The notes below the pieces were generated by a model. That model saw only the letters and a program-made list of their open reading frames with translations. It was not told where the DNA came from and did not search any database. From positions 2,147 to 66,146 of the forward strand of contig JBDVXS010000141.1 of assembly GCA_039964305.1 (NCBI GenBank): 64,000 nucleotides of DNA, written 5' to 3'. Of the stretch, positions 54,873 through 64,000 are shown piece by piece (position 1 is the first letter of the stretch; each line of letters begins with the position of its first letter). A program made the translations under genes and the position numbers. This DNA is from Hyphomicrobiales bacterium. Its GTDB lineage: Bacteria; Pseudomonadota; Alphaproteobacteria; Rhizobiales; JACESI01.

Positions 54873-55538
54873 CTAGGCTTCGGCCTTTGCGCGGTTTGCG
54901 ACGCTTTGTGCAACTGGGTGTATGACCCGATTACATTGTTGGAGAACCTTTTCTCTCGTAAGAACCTTCTTAGGATTGCCCATAGCAAGCGTTGCGATAC
55001 CATGAACTGAGGCCCAAAGCGCCCTGCCAATATTTGCCAATTCTCTTTGATCAATATCCGGATTAATTTTCAAAAGCGTTTTAACGATGAGACCTAAAAG
55101 CTGCCGCTGGCCACTAACATAAGTTTGTTGAAAATGGCTATTTTCCTCATAACTTACCTCAAAGGCTGCTTGCCAGCGTTTGTGGTGAAGGAAGGCAAAA
55201 TCGACATAAGAGGCAGCCATCGATTCGAGCAATTCAAGATTTGTCGCACCCTTTGCTTCTTGCTCATTAAAATGACTCGTTGCAAACACCTCAAACTCTT
55301 CAAGGGTCCGCGCGCAGGCCAGCAAAATGAGATTATCAAGATCGCCAACAAGATTGTAGATGGTGCCAACAGCGCACCCAACTTCGCTTGCCAAATCTCT
55401 GGCACGTACCCCATTTACCCCTGAAGCATCAAGACGATCAATTGTTGTAAGAATGAGTTTTTCTCTCAGCTCATCACGAGAAGGTTGTTGCATTTTAAAT
55501 AGCTTTAACGGCGTTCCGAAAAATTCCCTTTTTTCCAT
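54873..55538 (-). CDS. TetR/AcrR family transcriptional regulator
   Basis: The N-terminal HTH is GVNGVRARDLASEVGCAVGTIYNLVGD, followed by a helical ligand-binding C-terminal domain. Confidence 0.8.
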   Translation of the reverse strand: MEKREFFGTPLKLFKMQQPSRDELREKLILTTIDRLDASGVNGVRARDLASEVGCAVGTIYNLVGDLDNLILLACARTLEEFEVFATSHFNEQEAKGATNLELLESMAASYVDFAFLHHKRWQAAFEVSYEENSHFQQTYVSGQRQLLGLIVKTLLKINPDIDQRELANIGRALWASVHGIATLAMGNPKKVLTREKVLQQCNRVIHPVAQSVANRAKAEA

Positions 55539-55595
55539 CTTTTGGCATCAGCAAGCTTACGCCTAGAAAACGATACCATACTAGTAAAAAAAATT

Positions 55596-55695
55596 ATGAA
55601 CGTTCATATTTTCGAACATCGAATTGTAACAAAACCGCGAATGACTGTTGAATATATCTCACAAAAGTGTTACAAAATTACGTGAACATGGTTCA
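55596..55695. promoter_or_regulatory. two TGAAC/GTTCA palindromic operators in the tetR-orphan divergent region
   Basis: ATGAACGTTCAT (55596-55607) is a perfect 12-bp palindrome. TGAACatgGTTCA (55683-55695) shares the half-site. Confidence 0.45.
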
Positions 55696-55739
55696 TGGTG
55701 GCTTTTTTGAGTAATCATGTGAGTTTGTAGGGGTGACAT

Positions 55740-56180
55740 ATGTGGGATTTTTCAGCGCGGGTGGCGCATGAAAGTGACGAGCATGCGCTTGATTGCGTTT
55801 CTCAAACAGCTACGTCTCTCAAAACCTATGAAAATGATGCCTTGATGATTTCTCGCAGAATCGACAAGCAAATTAAGAGTGCGTGCAAAAAACAGCGATC
55901 ACTCTTAAACGACTCTAATGAAATTGGCGCAGAAAAAATGCGCCGTCGTATCGTGGCTTTAGAGCTGCGTAAAAAACAAGCCCAAAACTATGTAAAACGC
56001 ATTCGACGACTACAAAGCACAGAGGTGCTCGTCAATGAATGCAATCGCGACAATGTCGACCCAAGTCTCAGAATAGTCTTTGGCGGCGGAACCTTGAAGC
56101 ATGCCGCTGATGAGTTGGAGCGCTTTCTTAGAGAGCCAACTCTATTCCAAGAATTTGATCGCGATTACGACTTTAAATAA
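55740..56180 (+). CDS. hypothetical protein (146 aa, Lys/Arg-rich helical)
   Basis: ORF with a GTAGGGG RBS-like element, divergent from the TetR gene. No family recognised. Confidence 0.4.
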   Translation: MWDFSARVAHESDEHALDCVSQTATSLKTYENDALMISRRIDKQIKSACKKQRSLLNDSNEIGAEKMRRRIVALELRKKQAQNYVKRIRRLQSTEVLVNECNRDNVDPSLRIVFGGGTLKHAADELERFLREPTLFQEFDRDYDFK

Positions 56181-56216
56181 AACGTTCCCACGCAATTAAG
56201 GGTCTAGCGTTTAATG

Positions 56217-56918
56217 CTAGACCGATTTATCGACTGACGGGCTTTCTTCAGGTGCTTCTTCTGCTGCTGGTGCAGCGGCAAATTTTGGTCCGCCTTTGGA
56301 AATTCCCACCATCGCAGGACGAAGAACACGTTCGCCAATTTGGTAGCCAGCTTGTACCACTTGCACAACGGTACCATTTGGGATCTCAGTGTTTGGCACC
56401 TCAAACATTGCTTGATGAAAATTCGGATCGAACTTTTCACCTTCCGGGTTCAATTGAATGACACCGTTTTTAGAAAGCTGATTTTGCAAATCGCGGTCTG
56501 TCATCTCCACACCTTCAAGAAGTGTTTTGAGTGTTTCACTCGCTCCTTCGCGGGCATCATCTGGCAGAGCTTGCAAAGCACGGCTCATATTGTCGCTCAC
56601 GCTCAGTATATCGCGTGCAAAATTTGCTACCGCATATTGACGAGCATCTTTTACTTCGCGCTCTGTACGGCGACGAAGGTTTTCCATATCCGCGAGCAAT
56701 GTCATTGCTTTGTTTTTAAGCTCAGTATTTTCTTCATTGAGCGCCACAATCACATCAGCAGGATCGCGCGGCTTAGGAGCGGCGGCGGCTTCTTGCTCTT
56801 CTTTTGCGATTGCCGCTTCGAATTCCTCTTCGCTCATCTCATCTTCAGGATTGTCAAAGAGCGCTTCAACGTTTGAATTCTCGTCTTCGTCCGGATATTG
56901 CGTATTTTCGTCAGACAT
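56217..56918 (-). CDS. grpE: nucleotide exchange factor GrpE
   Basis: Acidic N-terminus, long helix [28 protein letters not shown], and the C-terminal beta domain FDPNFHQAM...[19 protein letters not shown]. Confidence 0.9.
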   Translation of the reverse strand: MSDENTQYPDEDENSNVEALFDNPEDEMSEEEFEAAIAKEEQEAAAAPKPRDPADVIVALNEENTELKNKAMTLLADMENLRRRTEREVKDARQYAVANFARDILSVSDNMSRALQALPDDAREGASETLKTLLEGVEMTDRDLQNQLSKNGVIQLNPEGEKFDPNFHQAMFEVPNTEIPNGTVVQVVQAGYQIGERVLRPAMVGISKGGPKFAAAPAAEEAPEESPSVDKSV

Positions 56919-57023
56919 GGCTGTCCCAATTTATGATGGATCAATTAAGCTGGATATCAGTGTTTTGAACGAAAAAATCAACCCGCCAAAACAGTAATTT
57001 TATTAGTTGTGCAACAATCGTTA

Positions 57024-57980
57024 CTAAAGCCTGCGAAGACTCACCGATTCAATCATGTGGTTTTCGCCTTTACGCAAGATTAAACTAGCTCTTGGTCGTG
57101 TTGGCTGAATGTTATCGACGAGATTAACGCGGTTGATCGTATTCCACAAATGTTCACCCATTTCCTTCGCCTCTTCTTGAGACATGGCTGCTACATGATG
57201 AAAATAAGATCTTGGATTTGTAAAAGCGCTATCCTTCAATTGCATGAAGCGCTCTAGATACCATTGCGAGATGTTTTTCTCATCTGCATCAATATAGACA
57301 GAAAAATCAAAACAATCAGAAACAAACGGAACCGCCTCCCCATCCTTGGGCAAGGCACGGGTTTGCAAAACATTGAGACCTTCAAGGATCAAAATATCAG
57401 GTTGCTCCACATAGATTTTCTCATCTGGCACAATGTCATAGGAAAAGTGAGAATAAACGGGCGCTTCAACCCGCCTCTTACCAGCCTTAATATCAGACAG
57501 AAAACGCAACAAAGCGGGCAAGTCATAACTTTCAGGAAAACCCTTCCGCCCCATTAAATCTTGCTCTTCCAAAACTTGGTTTGGATGAAGAAACCCATCT
57601 GTGGTGACCAGATCAACCTTCGGCGAACTGGGCCAACGCGACAAGAGCGCTTGAAGAATCCGCGCCGTTGTGGATTTACCGACAGCAACAGAGCCAGCAA
57701 TCCCAATTACAAACGGTGTTTTTTGGGACTGTTCCAAATTCAAAAAATCATGGCGTTGCAGATGCAATCTTTTTGACGCTTCCACATGCATGGAAAGCAA
57801 CCGTGAAAGCGGCATATAGATTTCTTGCACTTCTTGGAGCGAAATCGGATCGTTGAGCGAACGCAGTTTGGCAAGGTCATTTAATGACAAAGGCAAGATT
57901 TGATCTGCACGCAATGCGCCCCATGTTTCTTTTTCAAAAACACGATGGGGCGTTAGCTTATCGTCTACCGCTTTATCCAA
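57024..57980 (-). CDS. coaA: type I pantothenate kinase
   Basis: P-loop [18 protein letters not shown], with [13 protein letters not shown] and ILEGLNVLQ. Confidence 0.9.
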   Translation of the reverse strand: MDKAVDDKLTPHRVFEKETWGALRADQILPLSLNDLAKLRSLNDPISLQEVQEIYMPLSRLLSMHVEASKRLHLQRHDFLNLEQSQKTPFVIGIAGSVAVGKSTTARILQALLSRWPSSPKVDLVTTDGFLHPNQVLEEQDLMGRKGFPESYDLPALLRFLSDIKAGKRRVEAPVYSHFSYDIVPDEKIYVEQPDILILEGLNVLQTRALPKDGEAVPFVSDCFDFSVYIDADEKNISQWYLERFMQLKDSAFTNPRSYFHHVAAMSQEEAKEMGEHLWNTINRVNLVDNIQPTRPRASLILRKGENHMIESVSLRRL

Positions 57981-58003
57981 AACTTGCCCGCAATCTGTTC
58001 CAA

Positions 58004-58330
58004 TTAGCTTTGTGCGCCGCGTGACGCTTTTTCCGCAAGCCCACTTTGTGCGGTTCGCTGTTCAAGTTCCTTCAATACATCATCAAGTGCAATATCGGAA
58101 ACGTTGAGAAGCACCAAAAGATGATAAAGCACATCGGCAGATTCTTTTACCAATTCTGCGCGATCATTCGTAACGGCAGCAATCACTGCTTCCGTCGCTT
58201 CTTCGCCAAGTTTTTCAGCGCATTTGTTAACGCCTTTTTGCACAAGGCTCGCCGTATAAGACGACCCATCGCTGGCGTTCGCTCGTTCAGCAACAATTGT
58301 GTTCAACTGTTCTAAGGTGAATGTGGTCAT
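58004..58330 (-). CDS. hisE: phosphoribosyl-ATP pyrophosphatase
   Basis: [29 protein letters not shown]...[17 protein letters not shown] is the HisE pattern. Confidence 0.9.
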   Translation of the reverse strand: MTTFTLEQLNTIVAERANASDGSSYTASLVQKGVNKCAEKLGEEATEAVIAAVTNDRAELVKESADVLYHLLVLLNVSDIALDDVLKELEQRTAQSGLAEKASRGAQS

Positions 58331-58342
58331 GGGAAATTTGCC

Positions 58343-59113
58343 TCAAGCAAGACCGTCAAGTCGCATGTCTATACCAGCTTTTGCCATATGATGCTTCACT
58401 TGGCCAATAGTGAATGTACCAAAGTGAAAAACAGAGGCTGCAAGCACTGCACTTGCGCCGCCCTCTTTGACACCATCCACAAAATGATCAAGCTCGCCAA
58501 CACCACCAGATGCGATGACGGGAATGGAAACACTATCTGCAATAGCGCGGGTGACTTTGTTGTCGAAACCAGACTTTGTGCCATCGCGGTCCATACTGGT
58601 GAGCAAAATTTCTCCCGCCCCACGCGCTGCCATGTCTTTGGCAAATTCAATCGCGTTAATGCCCGTTGGTTCGCGGCCACCATGGGTGAAGATTTCCCAT
58701 GTGTCACCGACAGCTTTTGCATCAATTGCAACGACAATACACTGGTCACCAAATTTGTTGGCAGCCTCGTTGACGAAATCACGGTTTTTCACGGCTGCGG
58801 TATTGATCGAAACTTTATCAGCACCTGCCAAAAGCAATTTGCGAATGTCTTCCACCTTCCGCACGCCACCACCAACTGTCAGCGGCATGAAACAATGTTC
58901 CGCCGTTTCGCGCACCACATCGAAGATCGTGTCGCGGTTATCTGATGACGCAGTGATGTCGAGAAAAGTCAGCTCATCAGCACCAGCCGCATCATAGGCT
59001 TTAGCCGCTTCGACCGGATCGCCAGCGTCCATGAGATCAACGAAGTTCACGCCTTTGACGACTCTTCCATCCTTCACATCAAGACACGGAATTACACGGG
59101 ATTTTAGGGTCAT
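58343..59113 (-). CDS. hisF: imidazole glycerol phosphate synthase cyclase subunit
   Basis: [36 protein letters not shown] and PVIASGGVG. Confidence 0.95.
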   Translation of the reverse strand: MTLKSRVIPCLDVKDGRVVKGVNFVDLMDAGDPVEAAKAYDAAGADELTFLDITASSDNRDTIFDVVRETAEHCFMPLTVGGGVRKVEDIRKLLLAGADKVSINTAAVKNRDFVNEAANKFGDQCIVVAIDAKAVGDTWEIFTHGGREPTGINAIEFAKDMAARGAGEILLTSMDRDGTKSGFDNKVTRAIADSVSIPVIASGGVGELDHFVDGVKEGGASAVLAASVFHFGTFTIGQVKHHMAKAGIDMRLDGLA

Positions 59114-59844
59114 GATGCTGTCCCTTTAATCACCGCCATCGCTTCCGCTGGATCAAGGCGGCCATCATAGAGGGCGCGGCCTGAAATGGCGCCTTCGAGT
59201 TTCGCACAATCAGGTTCCATTAAGCGCTTTACATCGTCAATCGACGCCAAACCGCCTGAGGCAATCACTGGAATAGAAACCGCATCGCCCAGCGCAATGG
59301 TGGATGGGAAATTGAGACCTTTTAAAATGCCGTCGCGGTCAATATCCGTGAAGATAATCGCCGACACCCCTGCATCTTCAAACTTCTTCGCCAAATCAAT
59401 CGTGGTGAGTTCAGATGTTTCATCCCATCCTTCAACCGCCACATAACCGCCCTTGGCATCAATGCCGACAGCCACTTGATCAGGGAACAAACGACAGGCC
59501 TCTTTAACAAGCTCAGGATCGCGAACCGCGACCGTGCCGAGGATGACCCGTTTAATACCTTTATCAAGCCACGTCTCGATTTGCTTAAGATCACGAATGC
59601 CGCCGCCCAACTGCACAGGGTTGGTTGTGCTTTTCAAAATCGCATCAACTGCATCACCATTCACAGGCTTGCCCGCAAAGGCACCATTCAGGTCAACCAC
59701 ATGCAGCCATTCAAAACCTTGATCTTGAAACGCCCGAGCCTGCGCGCCCGGATCATCATTGAAAACCGTTGCTTGATCCATATCACCAAGCTTCAAGCGC
59801 ACACATTCACCGTCTTTAAGATCGATGGCAGGGAAGAGTATCAT
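59110..59844 (-). CDS. hisA: 1-(5-phosphoribosyl)-5-[(5-phosphoribosylamino)methylideneamino]imidazole-4-carboxamide isomerase
   Basis: [34 protein letters not shown] and PVIASGGL. Confidence 0.95.
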   Translation of the reverse strand: MILFPAIDLKDGECVRLKLGDMDQATVFNDDPGAQARAFQDQGFEWLHVVDLNGAFAGKPVNGDAVDAILKSTTNPVQLGGGIRDLKQIETWLDKGIKRVILGTVAVRDPELVKEACRLFPDQVAVGIDAKGGYVAVEGWDETSELTTIDLAKKFEDAGVSAIIFTDIDRDGILKGLNFPSTIALGDAVSIPVIASGGLASIDDVKRLMEPDCAKLEGAISGRALYDGRLDPAEAMAVIKGTAS

Positions 59845-60194
59845 ATCTGGAATCCTGTTTTACAGGTGTTCCTTTTGCTTTTTCTATTAAAGATGGTCAA
59901 GGGAAAGTCTACGTTCTTTTTATGTTCCCAGAGCATTCATTAATAAAATTCCCTGTGAATTGAATCGCTTCAAGCAAATGAATCGGTTGACTCAACCAAA
60001 CATAGCACTCCATACCTTAGAGTGCTAAATCGTAGAGGCTGGGATTGCAGTCCCAAACCTCTACAAGCCCAGTCATTTAGCGATGCTGTGGGCAATGCGA
60101 ATACGCCAGCGTACACAACTATGAATATACAAGTACGTCAATACTACTTACGCATTTTAGTCAGCATCGCGCCCATATTTTTAAGGAGGCAATC

Positions 60195-60473
60195 ATGCCC
60201 AATGGGTCTTTGACTACAAATGAAGCAAGAGAAGTTTGGATTATGTACGCAGAAAACAAAAAAATCCGCGACATTCAAAAATCTTTCGATATTGATCCAA
60301 GACGAATTTATGAAGTGTTGGAAGAGAAAAAGCACATAGGCACTAGACAAGATGCAAAGGCCATATTTGCAAAAAAATTCCCAAACCGTTCAACTAAGGA
60401 TAAGTTCGTTAGACACATACCCCGAAACCACGTCAAAAAACGTGATGAGGATGATCAAGGTAGTCTCTTCTAG
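60195..60473 (+). CDS. hypothetical basic 92-aa protein (possible small HTH) on the strand opposite the his genes
   Basis: Strong TAAGGAGG RBS 7 nt before the ATG. It lies in AT-rich sequence and its stop overlaps the convergent hisH stop by 4 nt. No family recognised. Confidence 0.45.
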   Translation: MPNGSLTTNEAREVWIMYAENKKIRDIQKSFDIDPRRIYEVLEEKKHIGTRQDAKAIFAKKFPNRSTKDKFVRHIPRNHVKKRDEDDQGSLF

Positions 60474-61120
60474 ATTTTCCATTTCAAGAAATTAGCAATG
60501 AGGGCCAGACCCAGTGTCTGGCTTTTTTCTGGGTGGAATTGGGTGCCGATGCGGTTTTCGTGGGCGACCATCGCGGTGATGTCGCCACCATAGTTTGAAG
60601 TGGCAAGAACCACATCGTCGTCCGTCGGCATCATATGGTAGGAGTGCACAAAATAGGCATGCAGACCCTTTTCACCCGTTTCAATCCCGTCGAAGATGGG
60701 GTGATCAAATTTCACATCAAGTGTGTTCCAACCCATATGGGGAATTTTCAAACTTGGGTCGCTTGGCTTTATTTCCACAACATCGCTCTTAATCCAATCA
60801 AGACCGTTTGTTGTTTCCTTCTCCAACCCACGGCTCGCCATAAGCTGGTGGCCAACACAAATACCCAAGAACGGACGGGCTTTTTGGATCACTGCTTCAT
60901 TGAGAGACGCCAGCATACCATCGACACTATCAAGTCCCTTGCGGCAATCAGCAAATGCACCAACACCTGGCAAAACGATGCGGTCTGCTTTGGCAACATA
61001 ATCAGGATTTGAGGTAATAGAAATCTCAGCGCTCAGGCCCGCTTCTCTTGCGGCACGCTCAAAGGCTTTGCCAGCTGAGGCCAAATTACCTGAGCCGTAA
61101 TCGATAATCGCAATTTTCAT
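60470..61120 (-). CDS. hisH: imidazole glycerol phosphate synthase glutamine amidotransferase subunit
   Basis: [20 protein letters not shown], the catalytic Cys in GICVGHQL, and FHPEKS. Confidence 0.95.
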   Translation of the reverse strand: MKIAIIDYGSGNLASAGKAFERAAREAGLSAEISITSNPDYVAKADRIVLPGVGAFADCRKGLDSVDGMLASLNEAVIQKARPFLGICVGHQLMASRGLEKETTNGLDWIKSDVVEIKPSDPSLKIPHMGWNTLDVKFDHPIFDGIETGEKGLHAYFVHSYHMMPTDDDVVLATSNYGGDITAMVAHENRIGTQFHPEKSQTLGLALIANFLKWKI

Positions 61121-61620
61121 GAACGCGGCCTTGTCGATGGGGAAGGGAATGACCCAATTACTGTTTTCGTTTTTACAGGCTGCTTTTTCAATACCTGCGG
61201 AATTCGTTTTGTGGGAACCGGTTCAACCTCAGTTTGAAGTGAGCTGCCGCCACGATTAGCAAAGGCGCGCATTTCAGCTTCTTCATAATTGCTCGCCAAA
61301 ACAAAATCCACTTCCTGCCAGCCATTGCTGAGATATTTCTTCGCCCGCCAGTTTGTGCCTTCTAAAGCAAGATAAAAGCCCAGCAAACTGTTCAAAAAGA
61401 AACCAATCAGCGGGTTAATCAATTCACTCGCCAAGATAAAGGCCAGAATAAACACGACGTAAATCGCAAAGCCAAGCCATACCCGATTCCACAAAAGCCA
61501 GAGTGCTGGAAAGAAGAACACGAGAAACGAAAAGCCATCGCGTATCAGCTCGACATTTCTGCCGTCCTGCACCTGTTCGGGCATAGCATTTGGAAATTCA
61601 AAAACACGATAAGCGGCCAT
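61117..61620 (-). CDS. DUF2628 membrane protein (conserved his-cluster resident in alphaproteobacteria)
   Basis: AAYRVFEFP...[26 protein letters not shown] matches the DUF2628 pattern. It sits between hisB and hisH. Confidence 0.65.
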   Translation of the reverse strand: MAAYRVFEFPNAMPEQVQDGRNVELIRDGFSFLVFFFPALWLLWNRVWLGFAIYVVFILAFILASELINPLIGFFLNSLLGFYLALEGTNWRAKKYLSNGWQEVDFVLASNYEEAEMRAFANRGGSSLQTEVEPVPTKRIPQVLKKQPVKTKTVIGSFPSPSTRPRS

Positions 61621-61708
61621 GCGCTCACTACTCTTCCAATTTAGACAAAGCGATTACTGTCTATTTGGCGAATTTTAGCAAAAAGTGCAAGGAAGCGAGG
61701 ACGAAACT

Positions 61709-62302
61709 CTAATCGCCAAGCTTGCCTTTGGTGGTTGGCAGGCTGTCAGCCGCACGCGGGTCAATGGTTGCGGCCATGCGCAACACGCGGGCAACAGCCT
61801 TAAAGCAAGTCTCAGCAATATGGTGATTGTTCTCACCATAGATGTTTTGAACATGCAGCGTAATGCCAGCATTTTGCGCAAAAGCGATAAAGAACTCGCG
61901 GAAAAGCTCTGTGTCATAATCGCCAATTTTATCGCGGGTGAAATCCACATTCCAAACCAAATAAGGACGACCAGAAACATCGACCGCGGCGCGGGTGAGG
62001 GTTTCATCCATAGGCAAATCAAGAGAGGCATAACGGGTGATGCCCTTCATATCGCCGAGCGCTTGTTTGAACGCTTGACCAATGGCAATGCCAACATCTT
62101 CAGATGTGTGGTGCGCATCAATGTGCAAATCACCCTTGGCACGCACTTTTAGATCCATCAAAGAGTGGCGAGAAAGCTGTTCCAGCATATGATCAAAGAA
62201 GCCAACGCCCGTCTCAACATCATAGGCACCTGTGCCATCAATGTTCAGCTCAACGCTAATATCGGTTTCATTCGTGGTTCTTTTAATCGATCCAGTACGC
62301 AT
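61709..62302 (-). CDS. hisB: imidazoleglycerol-phosphate dehydratase
   Basis: [38 protein letters not shown] and ENNHHIAE (the Mn-binding His clusters). Confidence 0.95.
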   Translation of the reverse strand: MRTGSIKRTTNETDISVELNIDGTGAYDVETGVGFFDHMLEQLSRHSLMDLKVRAKGDLHIDAHHTSEDVGIAIGQAFKQALGDMKGITRYASLDLPMDETLTRAAVDVSGRPYLVWNVDFTRDKIGDYDTELFREFFIAFAQNAGITLHVQNIYGENNHHIAETCFKAVARVLRMAATIDPRAADSLPTTKGKLGD

Positions 62303-62428
62303 GGGTCATCTTCTCTTGCAAATATCAGTTGCTAGAAACTAGCTTTTTTAGATGAAGGGGGACTTAACATTGCTTTTGGTTGAGAGCAACTTTCATCCCC
62401 ATTCACAACGAAGAAGAAATATAAGCGC

Positions 62429-63382
62429 TTACGTCGCAGGCTTTATTTCATAGCCCTCTTCTTCTGGCTCATCATCCATCAATTCTGCTGGAAAGCCATC
62501 AGCCCTAATTTCAAGGCCAGTTGCTTCTTCAAACCGTTCAATCATTCGGTCAGATTGCGCCCGTGCACCGAAACGGTTTTGGCCGTCTTTCATCAAATCA
62601 ATAATCAGCGGTGAGATTTCAAGATCAATGCCTGCCCGCTCTGCAATTGTTTGGAAGAGGCCGATATCCTTCAGCACCAAATCCATGGTGAAATCGACAC
62701 AGCGGCTCCCGTTCAAAATGACTTGGCTTTCTGTCTCATGCACGAATGAAGTGCCAGACGAGATTTTTATCGCTTCATAGGTGGTCGCCATATCAAGACC
62801 CGCGCCTTTCATCGTGGTGAGCGCTTCGCACACAGTGAGAAGGTTCGCCGTTGCCAGATAATTGGTCATAACTTTCAAAATCGACGCTGACCCCAATGGC
62901 CCCGTATGCAAAACACGGCGACCAAGACGGGTAAGCAATGGCAAAGCGCGATCAAAACTTTCGCGCGGGCCACCAGCAAAAATTGAGATATTGCCCGAAG
63001 CCGCTCGATGACATCCGCCAGACACAGGGCAATCCATCGCCATTACACCGAGCGGTTCCAGCTTTGCGCCCAGACGTTTAACTTCAGCCTCGTCCGTGGT
63101 GCTCATTTCAAGCCAGATATCGCCTTTTGAAAAACCTTCGATCAGTCCCTCATCGCCTTCAACCACAGTGGCACAGGCCGCAGGGCTTGGCAGACAAGTG
63201 ATAACGACATCACATGCTTGCGCCATTTCCTTAGGCGAGTTTGCCCACGCCGCCCCTTCAGCAATAAGTGGTTCAGCCGCTTGTTTTGATAAATCGTGCA
63301 CCACCGTATCAAAACCATTACGGACCAAACTGCCCGCTAGTTTCGCGCCCACATTACCAAGGCCAATAAATCCAACTTTCAT
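62429..63382 (-). CDS. NAD(P)-dependent 3-hydroxyisobutyrate/6-phosphogluconate dehydrogenase-like oxidoreductase
   Basis: MKVGFIGLGNVGAKLA is a Rossmann motif with a GGAG RBS before the ATG at 63382. DCPVSGG and the NAD_binding_11-type C-terminal helices are present. Confidence 0.75.
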   Translation of the reverse strand: MKVGFIGLGNVGAKLAGSLVRNGFDTVVHDLSKQAAEPLIAEGAAWANSPKEMAQACDVVITCLPSPAACATVVEGDEGLIEGFSKGDIWLEMSTTDEAEVKRLGAKLEPLGVMAMDCPVSGGCHRAASGNISIFAGGPRESFDRALPLLTRLGRRVLHTGPLGSASILKVMTNYLATANLLTVCEALTTMKGAGLDMATTYEAIKISSGTSFVHETESQVILNGSRCVDFTMDLVLKDIGLFQTIAERAGIDLEISPLIIDLMKDGQNRFGARAQSDRMIERFEEATGLEIRADGFPAELMDDEPEEEGYEIKPAT

Positions 63383-63538
63383 TTTATTCTCCAAATTTTT
63401 ACTGATCCTAACAGGCATCTCACAGTCGACTGTTTGCAAATCACGCCGAGGTGATTACATAAAGCGACAGAAAATGACCAATGCCTCAAAAAATCAGACC
63501 ATAATCGGGCTGACCCACTGATGGCAGGAGGAGAAATT

Positions 63539-64000
63539 ATGAACTTTTCGGGCGATAACAACCATGCATCAGCCTTTGGTAAGGTCCACGCAACAACCAT
63601 TGTTATGATCCGCAAGGATGGCAAAGTGGTCATTGCTGGCGATGGTCAGGCTTCCATGGGTCAAACCGTTGTAAAATCCAATTCCAGAAAAGTCCGCCGT
63701 ATCGGCAATGGCGATGTGATTGCAGGCTTTGCTGGATCAACCGCCGATGCCTTCACGCTGCTTGAACGGTTGGAAACCAAGCTTGAACAATATCCCGACA
63801 ATTTAATGCGGGCAGCGGTGGAGCTGGCGAAAGACTGGCGCACGGACAAATATCTACGTAATCTTGAAGCGCTTTTGTTGGTTGCTAATAAAGAAGTCAG
63901 CCTCATGATTTCTGGTGCTGGCGATGTGTTTGAGCCAGAAGGCGGGATTGCAGCTATCGGCTCGGGCGGAAACTACGCCCTCGCCGCAGCACGCGCTTTG
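63539..64000 (+). CDS. hslV: ATP-dependent protease subunit HslV (N-terminal 154 codons; truncated by the right window edge)
   Basis: My own translation is [56 protein letters not shown]...[17 protein letters not shown]...[16 protein letters not shown], with the catalytic Thr in HATTIV. A GGAGGAG RBS is present. It is absent from the track because it is open-ended. Confidence 0.9.
   Translation, partial: MNFSGDNNHASAFGKVHATTIVMIRKDGKVVIAGDGQASMGQTVVKSNSRKVRRIGNGDVIAGFAGSTADAFTLLERLETKLEQYPDNLMRAAVELAKDWRTDKYLRNLEALLLVANKEVSLMISGAGDVFEPEGGIAAIGSGGNYALAAARAL

Noticed and set aside
61675-62152. 118-aa and 155-aa ORFs overlapping hisB
   Set aside because: They overlap the clearly identified hisB frame (Mn-binding His motifs) and show no motifs of their own.
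1-64000. Search for CRISPR arrays, rRNA genes, IS elements/transposases and large exact repeats
   Set aside because: I saw no regularly spaced direct repeats, rRNA-like conserved blocks, DDE transposase motifs or terminal inverted repeats. This was a visual scan only, so short or degenerate elements could have been missed.

Overview
This window reads as a chromosomal segment of an alphaproteobacterium. The evidence is synteny: pckA divergent from chvI-chvG-hprK-EIIA(Man)-HPr, a hisB-DUF2628-hisH-hisA-hisF-hisE cluster next to hslV, and a Caulobacter-style fliF-fliG-flbE/fliH-fliN-flbD operon with a SciP-like gene. It splits into two parts. (1) Positions 1 to about 10.3 kb look like an integrative genomic island inserted beside a tRNA-Met(CAU) gene. 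It carries a long tyrosine integrase, a 485-aa orphan, a secreted-protein/M15-like peptidase/SNase nuclease/small-membrane-protein operon, a serine resolvase with a res-like site, and a PD-(D/E)xK nuclease fused to a NACHT NTPase that runs off the left edge. (2) Positions 10.4-64 kb are core genome: flagellar class II/III genes with recognisable CtrA-box and sigma-54 promoter motifs, central metabolism, chaperones (dnaK, dnaJ, grpE), DNA repair genes and his genes. The best candidate for an undescribed system is a tightly coupled five-gene operon at 34696-38629. It encodes two tandem nicotianamine-synthase-like enzymes, an NNMT/PNMT-like methyltransferase, a tandem-GNAT protein and a second SAM methyltransferase. 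It lacks the opine dehydrogenase and transporters of the known bacterial CntL-type metallophore loci. I saw no rRNA genes, CRISPR arrays or transposases. All calls come from reading the sequence and ORF translations by eye; no database search was run.
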